A DNA stretch of 31,539 bases from a virus. Lineage: Duplodnaviria > Caudoviricetes. Positions 1 to 8,320 of the stretch are shown one piece after another. The notes beneath the pieces are model-generated. The model saw only the letters and a list, made by a program, of their open reading frames with translations, did not search any database and had not been told where the DNA came from. The DNA lies in IMG/VR virus record IMGVR_UViG_3300027887_000006, positions 1 through 31,539 of that record; one strand, 5' to 3'. Position 1 is the stretch's first letter. Each line of letters starts with the position of its first letter. Position numbers and translations under genes: made by a program.

Positions 1-99
1 GAGAATAGCGGTGAGAATATCCTTAGTCTCTTGATCGACAGTCCCAGCATAGACCACCTGTTTGAGATCATTGATAGCCTTGATGAACTTAGTCCCATC
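1..99. repeat. Terminal direct repeat, copy 1 (circular assembly overlap)
   Basis: 1-99 is identical to 31441-31539 and an ORF reads uninterrupted across the join. A 99-nt overlap is a typical assembler k-mer length. Confidence 0.95.
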
Positions 100-540
100 C
101 GACAATCTGACAGCGAGAGGATGAAGCGGATCAGTATATTTTTCAAGATCAGAGAAGTCGATTTCTTTGATTGATTTCAATTCTCTGATAATAGGAGAAT
201 AGATTTTCTTGAGCCAGTCAGGTTCGTTGAAATCGAAAGCAGTCGGTAGATTATCAATCGAGATATTCTTTGGTAGATCAATCTGATTCAATACTTTGAC
301 ATCGAACTCTTTTGGTAATTCTACCTTGAAATTATCGAGCCAGGATTTGATCTGTCCGAGTTGGATTGAAGATACCGCCCCCGATTTGTCGATCTCATCA
401 AGCCTTTTGAGAATAGCCTCACTCTTAGCAATCGAAAGCTGGGAGTGATTCTGGAATAGGTAATACTCCTCTCCCCTGGGTTTGATCCCGAGAGCCTGAT
501 TGACCTCATTCATGGGGAAGTGATTATTTTTTGATTTCAT
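1..540 (-). CDS. 5' part of a 295-aa virion-accessory protein spanning the circular junction (continues 31440-31093)
   Basis: Manual translation from ATG 540 (MKSKNNHFPMNEVNQALG...PLAVRLSDGTKFIKAINDLKQVVYAGTVDQ) is stop-free and in frame with ORF 31093..31497. The start overlaps the end of the portal gene. Absent from the ORF track. Confidence 0.88.
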   Translation of the reverse strand, partial: MKSKNNHFPMNEVNQALGIKPRGEEYYLFQNHSQLSIAKSEAILKRLDEIDKSGAVSSIQLGQIKSWLDNFKVELPKEFDVKVLNQIDLPKNISIDNLPTAFDFNEPDWLKKIYSPIIRELKSIKEIDFSDLEKYTDPLHPLAVRLSDGTKFIKAINDLKQVVYAGTVDQETKDILTAIL

Positions 541-2770
541 ATTCAGCCTCTAGTGCCTTATCTCTCAATGATACAAGATCATCAAGGATTTTCCCTTTTT
601 CGGCATTGGCTGAATTGATGGCATCGGCAATCACTTGATCGGCTTTTTTCTTTGCCTCATCCAGAATCCTTGCCGAATCTTGATCGATTTTTTCCTTTGA
701 TTCGATCTCTTTCTTTTTCAATTCTTGATCGACCTTTTTCATTTCAGCTTTCAGATGAGCATCGACTTGATTGAACATGGTGAAAGTAACCTCATCACCA
801 GTGAACCAATCAAGAGAGCATCGACAATTCGGATGTTCAGGTGGTGCGGATGATCCATTCGAGAAAGTAGCATTGAGCGGAATGACCCCATCCGATTCAG
901 CCGAGAGACAAGTCTCATCGACCAGATCATCACCAGCAGTTAGCCAGGATTTCCCGACCACGACTCCCGATTGTCTAGCACCCTCAAGCGATCCCTCTTC
1001 ATAGCCTTTCAATACCTCTGTCCGAGCGATTCTTTCAGCCCGATTGACAGGAGTATCAGTCAATTCAGATAGATCATCAGCGATTTCAGCGATTGATTTC
1101 CCCTCATCGACCCCAGCCGAGATGATTCCCCTCATCTCCTCTTTGACAGTATCATTGATTTTCTTAGCAGAATCGAGTCCATTTTGATTGATCCAATTGA
1201 CAGCTCTTTCAGTCCCAGTCGAGAACTCTGCCCCAGCATCGAGTTTGTCAGCGAGTTGTCTGAAAGTATCAGCCCCGCCCCGAGCCATTGAGACAGTCAG
1301 AGCATCATCGGTTTCCGATTCAATTTGATGAATGTGATCATCATTCCCGACAAACATAATCCGAATCAGATCATCCTTTCGAGACTTTCTGACTCCCTTG
1401 ATTCCCGATTCTTTGAGATTTGAGATCACATCCCGAATGATTGAATTGATAATCTCATCATATTTTTTCTCTCTCTTTTTGATTTGAGCGACTACCCATT
1501 TCACCCGATCATTAGCGATTGAGAATATGGCTTTCTGCCGGGGTGATAGGTGCTTTTTGACAGCCTTAGATTGAGTGGTAATGACAGCACCGAGAGGCAT
1601 AGCGTTGAGAGGGATGAGAAGCGAATCCCCATTCTCAATGGGTGGTAGTCCCTCTTCTGCCCGAACCTCATTAGGAGTCATCCAAGCCGATCCGAGAGTG
1701 AGTGAGGCAGTATATTTTCGAATCTCCTGATCTTCATTTTCAGGGACAGGATCATCAAAAGAGAATCGCCATTCCCGATCATCCATTTTGAATAGAGGGA
1801 GAAGCGACTCATTCAGCCTATCGACAAGAAAGGACATTCTGGGTTTGATCACTCTTTTGGCGAAAACATAGTCCCCAGTTTCAGCATTTGCCCGATTCAC
1901 ATCATCCGATATGCCGAGAATAGTCTTAGGTATTCTGAATATAGCCAGGATTTCATCTCTCGAGAACTTTCTCTGTTCGAGAAATTGCATATCCTTTTGA
2001 GATAATCCGATAGGTTGATAGTCCAGTCCATTCTGTAAGATAGCCAATCGATGAGCATTTTGAGTGCCAGTATATCTTGAGTCCCATTCAGCCTTGATCC
2101 TTTGGAATTGTTCATCAGTCAATTCACCAGAGGTTTTGAGTACAGCCGAGGGAACGGCAGCATTGAAAAAGAAATTGCGATTGAATTGAGCCGAATAATT
2201 ATCGATGTCGATAGCGACAGCCGATGCTTGTACAGTCCCCATCCCCCGAAAGCGATTGAGAGGATTGAACTTTTTGAAATGGATGATCTCATCAGGAGTG
2301 AAAGGGACAGCCTCTCCCTTTTGATTGGTATAGATATAACCCGAGACTACCTTATCCTCGGAAGTCGAAAGGGTAACTCGGTTAGGGTAGAGAGTCCATA
2401 TCTCCCCAGGTTTCCCAGTAGCCTCACCTTTTGGTAAGTACCAAAAAGCGTTGCCATCCAATTCAAGAAAGGATTGAGTCTGAATAATCAGATCAGAAAA
2501 GGTATCGAATTGATTGGTATTCTTGAGAAGATCAAGCACCATATTCTGTTGAACCGATACCCAGTCCCCATGTTCGAAGTGTTCCAGCTCTAATTCGATG
2601 GTAGCCACATCATCAGCGATAGCATTGACACAAGTATAGACCCATGAGGTATAGCTCTTGAGGTAATCATCCGATTTCATATCGGGTGCGACTTGAGAAT
2701 AAGCCATCCCGAATATCCGAGGATTCACGATTTTTTCAAACTTAGGGCGAAAGAAATCAAGTATTCCCAT
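524..2770 (-). CDS. HK97-family portal protein fused to a MuF/SPP1 gp7-like head morphogenesis domain and a C-terminal coiled coil
   Basis: Portal motifs (LELDGNAFW, EIIHFK, FFFNAAVPSAVL, MTPNEVRAEEGLPP) are followed by MuF motifs (RAERIARTE, KSWLTAGD, PPEHPNCRCSL). Lies downstream of TerL. Confidence 0.93.
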   Translation of the reverse strand: MGILDFFRPKFEKIVNPRIFGMAYSQVAPDMKSDDYLKSYTSWVYTCVNAIADDVATIELELEHFEHGDWVSVQQNMVLDLLKNTNQFDTFSDLIIQTQSFLELDGNAFWYLPKGEATGKPGEIWTLYPNRVTLSTSEDKVVSGYIYTNQKGEAVPFTPDEIIHFKKFNPLNRFRGMGTVQASAVAIDIDNYSAQFNRNFFFNAAVPSAVLKTSGELTDEQFQRIKAEWDSRYTGTQNAHRLAILQNGLDYQPIGLSQKDMQFLEQRKFSRDEILAIFRIPKTILGISDDVNRANAETGDYVFAKRVIKPRMSFLVDRLNESLLPLFKMDDREWRFSFDDPVPENEDQEIRKYTASLTLGSAWMTPNEVRAEEGLPPIENGDSLLIPLNAMPLGAVITTQSKAVKKHLSPRQKAIFSIANDRVKWVVAQIKKREKKYDEIINSIIRDVISNLKESGIKGVRKSRKDDLIRIMFVGNDDHIHQIESETDDALTVSMARGGADTFRQLADKLDAGAEFSTGTERAVNWINQNGLDSAKKINDTVKEEMRGIISAGVDEGKSIAEIADDLSELTDTPVNRAERIARTEVLKGYEEGSLEGARQSGVVVGKSWLTAGDDLVDETCLSAESDGVIPLNATFSNGSSAPPEHPNCRCSLDWFTGDEVTFTMFNQVDAHLKAEMKKVDQELKKKEIESKEKIDQDSARILDEAKKKADQVIADAINSANAEKGKILDDLVSLRDKALEAEYEIKK

Positions 2771-2808
2771 ATATACCCATTGTAAATTGATTGACAGCGA
2801 TTCTTATA
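2768..2808 (-). promoter_or_regulatory. Structural-gene (late-type) leaderless promoter of portal
   Basis: TATAA(2808-2804)-N19-TACAAT(2784-2779)-GGGTATAT-ATG, with the same spacing as five other copies. Confidence 0.75.
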
Positions 2809-2811
2809 TAG

Positions 2812-2859
2812 AAAAAAGACTGGACACGATTCCCTATGGTGAGAGAGTCCTGTCCAGGT
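2812..2859 (-). ncRNA. Candidate ~48-nt hairpin sRNA or terminator
   Basis: CUGGACA...UGUCCAG stem with inner pairs, loop CACCAU and a U6 tail, starting right after a TTGCTT-N17-TATTAT promoter. Confidence 0.45.
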
Positions 2860-2865
2860 GATACT

Positions 2866-2894
2866 ATAATAGGCACGATTGATATCAAAAGCAA
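2866..2894 (-). promoter_or_regulatory. sigma70-type promoter carrying the TTGATATCAA box (2879-2888)
   Basis: TTGCTT-TTGATATCAATCGTGCC(17)-TATTAT. Confidence 0.55.
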
Positions 2895-2922
2895 AAAAGA
2901 GGGGGAGATTTCTCTCCCCCCC
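2893..2922 (-). terminator. Intrinsic terminator after the 79-aa gene
   Basis: GGGGGAGA-GAAA-TCTCCCCC stem with GNRA loop, followed by TCTTTTTT on the minus strand. Confidence 0.8.
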
Positions 2923-2929
2923 GATCTTG

Positions 2930-3169
2930 TCAATATGTCTCAAGTCCCGAATAGACCTTGAGATTCTTTCGATCCTTATCCCAGTGGTAATGATAATCAC
3001 CGAGATTATCGACCCAGATATCACCTTTTTCAGTATCAGTGAAAATGAAGAGACCATATTTGTCCCCCCTCTTCAATCGTCCCCCCTCTTTGATGAGGTT
3101 TTGAAGAGCCTCTGAATAAGACTCACCTTTCCCCCAGTAACCGAGAGAGACAATCAAAAATGTGATCAT
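2930..3169 (-). CDS. 79-aa hypothetical protein (moron-like insertion between TerL and portal)
   Basis: RBS GAGGTGGTGA upstream, its own terminator downstream, and a 167-nt upstream gap. Confidence 0.75.
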   Translation of the reverse strand: MITFLIVSLGYWGKGESYSEALQNLIKEGGRLKRGDKYGLFIFTDTEKGDIWVDNLGDYHYHWDKDRKNLKVYSGLETY

Positions 3170-3336
3170 GATTTCTCACCACCTCTCAATGTGAATGTGC
3201 TATTTGATACCCTATAATTATCTCATCCGTATTGAAAATAGATTGTCAGATCAAGAGAAAATGAAATCTCTGATCGAGTGAGAAGCCCGAAAAAATCTGT
3301 CAAGTCGATCCTCTTGAGGTGAGACTGTCCAATTTT

Positions 3337-4674
3337 TCAGATGAATCGAATAGAGGGAGTGGGAATCGGTGGAGTGAAAGTCAGAGCCAGTGAATCAGCA
3401 TAGTCAGGCGATTTCCCAGTCCTTTGAACCATATCTTGTTTTGATTCGATTTGAAGCATCTTGTCAGTCGAGACCTTATATTTGATCCAGAGAAGTTGCA
3501 GAAAGCCATCATTTTTCTCAAGTTTTCCCCCAGCCTCAAGCCATTTTTTCATCATCCAATTGATTTCTGCCTTGATATTCTTGAACCGAGCCGAGTCATG
3601 AGCTTTCTCCCCGACTGAAATCCCATTGACTTTGATCCCTTTTTCTTTGAGTCGATCACAGACTCCTCTCCCGACCCCGATATCATCAATGAAAACCTGA
3701 CCAGCCTTGATCCCATATTTCCCCATGATCCTCTCGATTTCCGAGACATTGGTCATAGTATCATTCGATTGATTCCGAGCCTCAATCCAGGCGAAGCTCT
3801 TTGATCGAATGACATAGATATTGAAATCACCCCCACCACCGATATCGACTCCCAGTGAAAGATCATCTCCCGATTTTGACCCATCTGACCAGCTCGATTT
3901 GAGAGTCTCATCAGTGATCAGATTTCGATAACCTCGAGCATCGATTTGATCAGCATCAGGGAATCGGCACTGATACAGCACATCGAAAAAAGCCTCATCC
4001 CTCATTTCATCGATGAACTCGGGCGAGTATCTCCCCTCTTTGAGTCCCTGAATATAGTCGATGAAAATATGATGGTATCGATTCGATCCCCAGGTACGGA
4101 GAAAATGATTTCGATAGAAAGGATTGCCGATCTCAAGCAAAAAGGTATCGGAGTATTCATAACCCCCGAGCATCCTTTTGACAGTAGCATAGAGCCGATC
4201 ATCGATCAGAGATGATTCATCAAGAATGATCCGATTCCCCCCGAATCCCATGGCAGATTCAATCGATCTTTTTGAGTTTCGAGCATCCAGAGTCAAGACT
4301 TGAACTCCCCCCCCACCTTTGAAAGTGATATTCGATCTCGACCTCTCTCTCCTCAATCGATCCAGAGTGATGTTGGCATCCAATTCAAGAGCATTGATGA
4401 AGATCGAATCATCGAAAGCGTGATCGATAATATACTGCATGATGATCATGCCCTTTTTTTCCGATGGTGCGAGAATAGTCCAGCGATCCCCCATCCCGAC
4501 AGATGAACACAAGACCCCGAGAGCGATAGTCAGAGACTTGCCATATTGAGTAGGGGCGATCACTTGTACTCTAGGATGAGGCAAGTCGATGATCGAATTG
4601 AATATCTCCTCTTGACCAGCCGACAATTCAACAGCTTTCCCATTGATCCTGAATAATTGAAAGAGTTTGTTCAT
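3337..4674 (-). CDS. terL: Terminase large subunit
   Basis: Walker A-like APTQYGKS, Walker B IILDES, GNP coupling motif, RNase H-like nuclease motifs GVDIGGGGD and SPDYADSLAL. Confidence 0.93.
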   Translation of the reverse strand: MNKLFQLFRINGKAVELSAGQEEIFNSIIDLPHPRVQVIAPTQYGKSLTIALGVLCSSVGMGDRWTILAPSEKKGMIIMQYIIDHAFDDSIFINALELDANITLDRLRRERSRSNITFKGGGGVQVLTLDARNSKRSIESAMGFGGNRIILDESSLIDDRLYATVKRMLGGYEYSDTFLLEIGNPFYRNHFLRTWGSNRYHHIFIDYIQGLKEGRYSPEFIDEMRDEAFFDVLYQCRFPDADQIDARGYRNLITDETLKSSWSDGSKSGDDLSLGVDIGGGGDFNIYVIRSKSFAWIEARNQSNDTMTNVSEIERIMGKYGIKAGQVFIDDIGVGRGVCDRLKEKGIKVNGISVGEKAHDSARFKNIKAEINWMMKKWLEAGGKLEKNDGFLQLLWIKYKVSTDKMLQIESKQDMVQRTGKSPDYADSLALTFTPPIPTPSIRFI

Positions 4675-4735
4675 TCTATAAGTCTGATTGATAATTGATC
4701 CGAGCGGTGAGAGATTCTGCCTTTTTCTCGAGCGA

Positions 4736-5212
4736 CTATTTCTCCCCCTGATTTCTTATAGGATCATTATCATTGACGATTTCTCCCTCTGGTGATGGTA
4801 ATTTCTTGATCTTTCTCCTGGTAGCCACGATCTCCCGAAGTAAAATGACCCCCTCTTCAACGGGAGTGATGTCCTCAATCTTTTGAACCTTAGCGAACTC
4901 ATCCCCCTCATTTCTCTCGAGCCAATCGATAGATGTCTTGACATCACCCGAATTGATAGCCGACACGATGTTTCGTCTAGCGACCACATTTGGGAGAGTC
5001 CTCTCACGCTCTAATTTCTTTCGAAAATCCTCATCGGACTGACAATACTCCCAGAGCGAGGTATAAGGTACTTCTCCCATGAGAGCCGATTTGTAGATAG
5101 AATATCCGAGCTGTAAGAATGGTTGTAATTTTCTGAATGTCTCAACTAGATCAATCGGTGGTCTCCCCAGCCTCTTGAAATCCTTAGGGTCTTTCCGAAT
5201 ATATTTGCTCAT
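4736..5212 (-). CDS. Probable terminase small subunit
   Basis: Directly upstream of TerL; GRP motif, HTH-like segment and WLER motif typical of TerS. Confidence 0.7.
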   Translation of the reverse strand: MSKYIRKDPKDFKRLGRPPIDLVETFRKLQPFLQLGYSIYKSALMGEVPYTSLWEYCQSDEDFRKKLERERTLPNVVARRNIVSAINSGDVKTSIDWLERNEGDEFAKVQKIEDITPVEEGVILLREIVATRRKIKKLPSPEGEIVNDNDPIRNQGEK

Positions 5213-5970
5213 ATCCCCCGAATAGGTACTCGAATAATAGGATTGATATCGATATGCCGAGTCTTGTCAGTGTTATGAGACCTTGAGACACCATCATCAT
5301 ATTTGACGATTTTTGATCCCCATTTTTTTCGGAGTAAATCGAGCTGTTTTTTCTCCTCTTCAAAAGTCCGATAGGTAGAGCATCCCCCCGATTGTTCGAC
5401 CTGTCTAACCATGAGAAAGAACTTGTTGAGCCTCAATACCTTGCGATATTTGTTACAGTGTTGAAGTGTCATGTCGTAATCCTCTTTGAGCGGTAGTGAT
5501 TCATCATAGCGAATATCAGAATCGATATGAGCTTGAAATGGTCCACCAATATAAGAGGTGAGTGAGAAAGGGGTATATTCTCGGTAAGCCTGTTTGTCAG
5601 TAGTGATATTGACTCCCCAGAGTTTGACCCCGAGATCGATAGCCATGACCGAATACTTGAAGAGAAATCTCATGACCTCATTTTCATCATTGAGATGATG
5701 GACAGTTTCATCCTCATAATACCAGATGTATTTGAGATCATCATCCAAAATCACCACGATATTGCCGGGGTTATGATCGAGAATATAGTTTCGAATCCGA
5801 CAGAGATTTCCCTGATATTGAGGATCGACCCCGATGATATCAGCCCCAGGATTCTCTCTCTGATAATCTGACAGCTCTTCATTTGAGACATAGACCGAGG
5901 CATGGGGAAGATAGTCGAGGGTTTCGACTTTTGGTCGATGATAAGATGGAATACAGACTTTGATTTTCAT
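5209..5970 (-). CDS. TAGT/GREB1-like GT-A fold glycosyltransferase (putative DNA base modifier)
   Basis: IPSYHR start, RNYILD, LDDD metal motif, KEDYD and GGC motifs; located between ParB-like and TerS genes. Confidence 0.75.
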   Translation of the reverse strand: MKIKVCIPSYHRPKVETLDYLPHASVYVSNEELSDYQRENPGADIIGVDPQYQGNLCRIRNYILDHNPGNIVVILDDDLKYIWYYEDETVHHLNDENEVMRFLFKYSVMAIDLGVKLWGVNITTDKQAYREYTPFSLTSYIGGPFQAHIDSDIRYDESLPLKEDYDMTLQHCNKYRKVLRLNKFFLMVRQVEQSGGCSTYRTFEEEKKQLDLLRKKWGSKIVKYDDGVSRSHNTDKTRHIDINPIIRVPIRGI

Positions 5971-6620
5971 TGATCCTCGCCTCTGACTTTCTTGATGAAC
6001 TCGATCCCATTGACTACTCTCCCGACTCCCATTTTTTCGAATCCCTCTTTTGAATCAAGAGCCTTGACAGTCTTGAGTGGATAGACCGATTGAAGATAGA
6101 GCCAGTCGATATCATTGTTGAAATATAGCACCACATAATTTTGAGACTCGTATAACTCCTCACTGAATTGAATCTCGGGTTTGATCTCTTCTGGTGATGG
6201 TCGATACCGATCCAGAAGCTCATTGATTGAGGTAGATTTTGACAGATTGACCTTGAAATCTTTGAGAGAATCAGCATACGGAAGCGATAATTCAGCCAGT
6301 TTGTCAGCCTCGGTATGTCCAGCCTGATCATTATCCGAGAGAGCGATCTTCAATCTCTCCTGATCATTCTGACATTCGACTTGACTGACCCAGACTTTTT
6401 CGAAGCCTAGAGACCGATAAGCCCGAAGCCTCATATTCCCCCCGATCACAGTCAGATTTTGATCGACAATGAGCGGTTTGTATTGAGCATTTTCGACCCC
6501 CTTGATCTTTGACAGCTCTTTGATCTGACTGACCAGCCTCTCAAACTCCTCTTTGGTAATCCCTCTGGGATTCTTATCCCAGTTTTTCACTTGATCGATA
6601 GATACCCATTTGTTACTCAT
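5967..6620 (-). CDS. ParB/Srx N-terminal domain protein
   Basis: NPRGI, PLIVD...VIGGNMRLRA and ALSDN motifs; translationally coupled to the glycosyltransferase by an ATGA overlap. Confidence 0.85.
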   Translation of the reverse strand: MSNKWVSIDQVKNWDKNPRGITKEEFERLVSQIKELSKIKGVENAQYKPLIVDQNLTVIGGNMRLRAYRSLGFEKVWVSQVECQNDQERLKIALSDNDQAGHTEADKLAELSLPYADSLKDFKVNLSKSTSINELLDRYRPSPEEIKPEIQFSEELYESQNYVVLYFNNDIDWLYLQSVYPLKTVKALDSKEGFEKMGVGRVVNGIEFIKKVRGEDQ

Positions 6621-7074
6621 AGATTTTCCCCATAATTTTTTTGATTTGAGTGATCGATGGTCTCGGGTAATCCTTGAGGGCAGGGTGAAAGTGCCACCAT
6701 TTGAAAATTGATTCCGACTTGAGACCAGGATAGGTGATCATCAATATCAATATAAGCTCTCTCGAATAATCATTCAACTGGGGATCAGGGTAAGTCGAGA
6801 CATTGACTTTTTCTTTGAGCCTTTTTCGAATCCGAATGACGATCTGATGGACAGCTTGAACGCAAACATGGAGATCACCAGCGATTTCTTTCCGAGAATA
6901 GCCATCATCCAGAAGCCGAGCCACAGCCTTTTGTCTCTTAGTCAATATCGACAGGATATATTTTTTTTGAATCTTAGCGACATTCTCTTGATCTTCTCGA
7001 TCATCACCGATTTCGAAGCCCAGCTCTTCAAGCTCTTGGATAGATAATTGAGAAATGTAATATCTATGTCCCAT
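6613..7074 (-). CDS. sigma70 region-4/LuxR-like HTH protein (candidate late activator); probable start MGHRYY at 7074
   Basis: LTKRQKAVARLLDDGYSRKEIAGDLHVCVQAVHQIVIRIRKRL HTH. An extended -10 TGaTATATT lies 7 nt before ATG 7074. Confidence 0.75.
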   Translation of the reverse strand: MGHRYYISQLSIQELEELGFEIGDDREDQENVAKIQKKYILSILTKRQKAVARLLDDGYSRKEIAGDLHVCVQAVHQIVIRIRKRLKEKVNVSTYPDPQLNDYSRELILILMITYPGLKSESIFKWWHFHPALKDYPRPSITQIKKIMGKIYE

Positions 7075-7107
7075 TGATTCGAATATATCATCATTCAATA
7101 TCAATGG

Positions 7108-7338
7108 TTATTCGATTTTCAATTCCCCTTTTTGATAAGCCCGAACCCGAGCCACAGCCTCATCGATTTCAGCTTGAGTATAGTATCGAAGTTTGCCATT
7201 CCCGAAGCCGACAGCCCTCGAGGGTTGTTTCAATACTCCCATCGATTCATATTTGATGAGGGTAACATAAGAAAATGGTAAGCGATTTCTCTTGAGAGCT
7301 TTCAGGAGATATCTTTTTGAATAGAGTTGTTGATCCAT
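7108..7338 (-). CDS. MerR-like winged HTH DNA-binding protein (DNA-binding domain only); probable start 7338
   Basis: TLIKYESMGVLKQPSR...RYYTQAEI pattern. TATAAT lies 6 nt upstream of ATG 7338. Confidence 0.7.
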   Translation of the reverse strand: MDQQLYSKRYLLKALKRNRLPFSYVTLIKYESMGVLKQPSRAVGFGNGKLRYYTQAEIDEAVARVRAYQKGELKIE

Positions 7339-7344
7339 AGTCCC

Positions 7345-7376
7345 ATTATATATCAAGATTTGACATTGATATCAAT
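7345..7376 (-). promoter_or_regulatory. Promoter TTGATA-N19-TATAAT with ATTGATATCAAT palindrome over the -35
   Basis: -35 at 7375-7370, -10 at 7350-7345, palindrome at 7365-7376. Confidence 0.6.
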
Positions 7377-7378
7377 CA

Positions 7379-7819
7379 TCACAAGTATTGAACAATATAT
7401 TGCCGATTATCATCCAGATATTGATTGAGTGATGGAATCTCCCGAATCGTCTTATAATCAAACTTGACGATCTCCCGAGTCAGAGGATTCTTTGATACCT
7501 TAGTGGGGATCGATAAGTCCCCCCGAATGAACTGACCGACCCGATCCATATTCAAGCCCCATGAAGCCTTGCCGTCAGGTTTATAGACCAGCCCCCCAAA
7601 ATAGACCCAGTTTCCCCAGTTAGCGGTAACAGTAGTCCCATTTTTTTCGAGTATAGGATTGATATCTTTCCTTTTGAACTCATGACGATTCGATTTCTGA
7701 CACCACCACCAGACCTGAATCAGCGACTTGACCATGATCTTGTGAAGCGTGATGATCCTCGCATTGACCGATTGACCACAGGTAGGGCAAGTGATTTTAT
7801 TTTGAGTCGGTTGAGACAT
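7379..7819 (-). CDS. Hypothetical protein with N-terminal CPTCG Zn knuckle, possibly winged-helix
   Basis: 146-aa ORF within the operon; RBS GGGGGA. Confidence 0.75.
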   Translation of the reverse strand: MSQPTQNKITCPTCGQSVNARIITLHKIMVKSLIQVWWWCQKSNRHEFKRKDINPILEKNGTTVTANWGNWVYFGGLVYKPDGKASWGLNMDRVGQFIRGDLSIPTKVSKNPLTREIVKFDYKTIREIPSLNQYLDDNRQYIVQYL

Positions 7820-7979
7820 AGCGATCCCCCTCTGACAGTGCTAATTTGATGAACATATCCGACACGATAATTTTTTGAGTCCCGACAGTTTCAAGATCAG
7901 GAGAATTGATCAGCCTCTTCAATTCCAGCTCAAACTCTTTCACCAGCTCAATTCTCTTTTTGAGGAGTCGATTTTTCAT
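7797..7979 (-). CDS. 60-aa hypothetical protein
   Basis: Fits the gene tiling; RBS AAAGGGA. Confidence 0.55.
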   Translation of the reverse strand: MKNRLLKKRIELVKEFELELKRLINSPDLETVGTQKIIVSDMFIKLALSEGDRYVSTDSK

Positions 7980-8121
7980 GACATCCCTTTCTCGGACAGT
8001 ATGATGATTCTTGATAATAGCCTCGATATTTCAATCGAGTCCCACAGCGAGGGCAATAGATTCCATAGATCAGCCCGATCAGCCGATTCAATTTTTTCCG
8101 AGTCCATTTGACTCTAGGCAT
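7948..8121 (-). CDS. 57-aa Zn-ribbon protein (not in ORF track)
   Basis: Manual translation MPRVKW...YCPRCGTRL...YCPRKGCHEK; start overlaps the stop of the upstream small ORF. Confidence 0.55.
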   Translation of the reverse strand: MPRVKWTRKKLNRLIGLIYGIYCPRCGTRLKYRGYYQESSYCPRKGCHEKSTPQKEN

Positions 8122-8260
8122 AATATGTTTCAGTCCCTCGGGTACACTTGTATTTTCCCATTGACCAAGTGATCAGCCGACACCGATGAAAGGGACAATA
8201 CCCCCAGGAGATCAAAAAGCTCTGCCACCATTTCAGTTTTCTACCATCATTTGATACCAT
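8114..8260 (-). CDS. 48-aa Cys/His-containing protein (not in ORF track)
   Basis: MVSNDGRKLKWWQSFLISWGYCPFHRCRL...; RBS GAAAGGA. Confidence 0.5.
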   Translation of the reverse strand: MVSNDGRKLKWWQSFLISWGYCPFHRCRLITWSMGKYKCTRGTETYYA

Positions 8261-8276
8261 TTTCGATCCTTTCAAG

Positions 8277-8311
8277 TGGTGGGGGAGAGGGTACAGGCTC
8301 TCCCCTCACCA
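8277..8311. other. Intergenic hairpin
   Basis: TGGTGGGGGAGAG / CTCTCCCCTCACCA inverted repeat with one bulge, downstream of ORF 8321..8650. Confidence 0.55.
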
Positions 8312-8320
8312 TATTTGATT

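Noticed and set aside
1-99. 99-bp terminal repeat as a biological DTR or att site
   Set aside because: It lies inside an uninterrupted ORF and matches a common assembler k-mer length, so it is best explained as a circularisation overlap.
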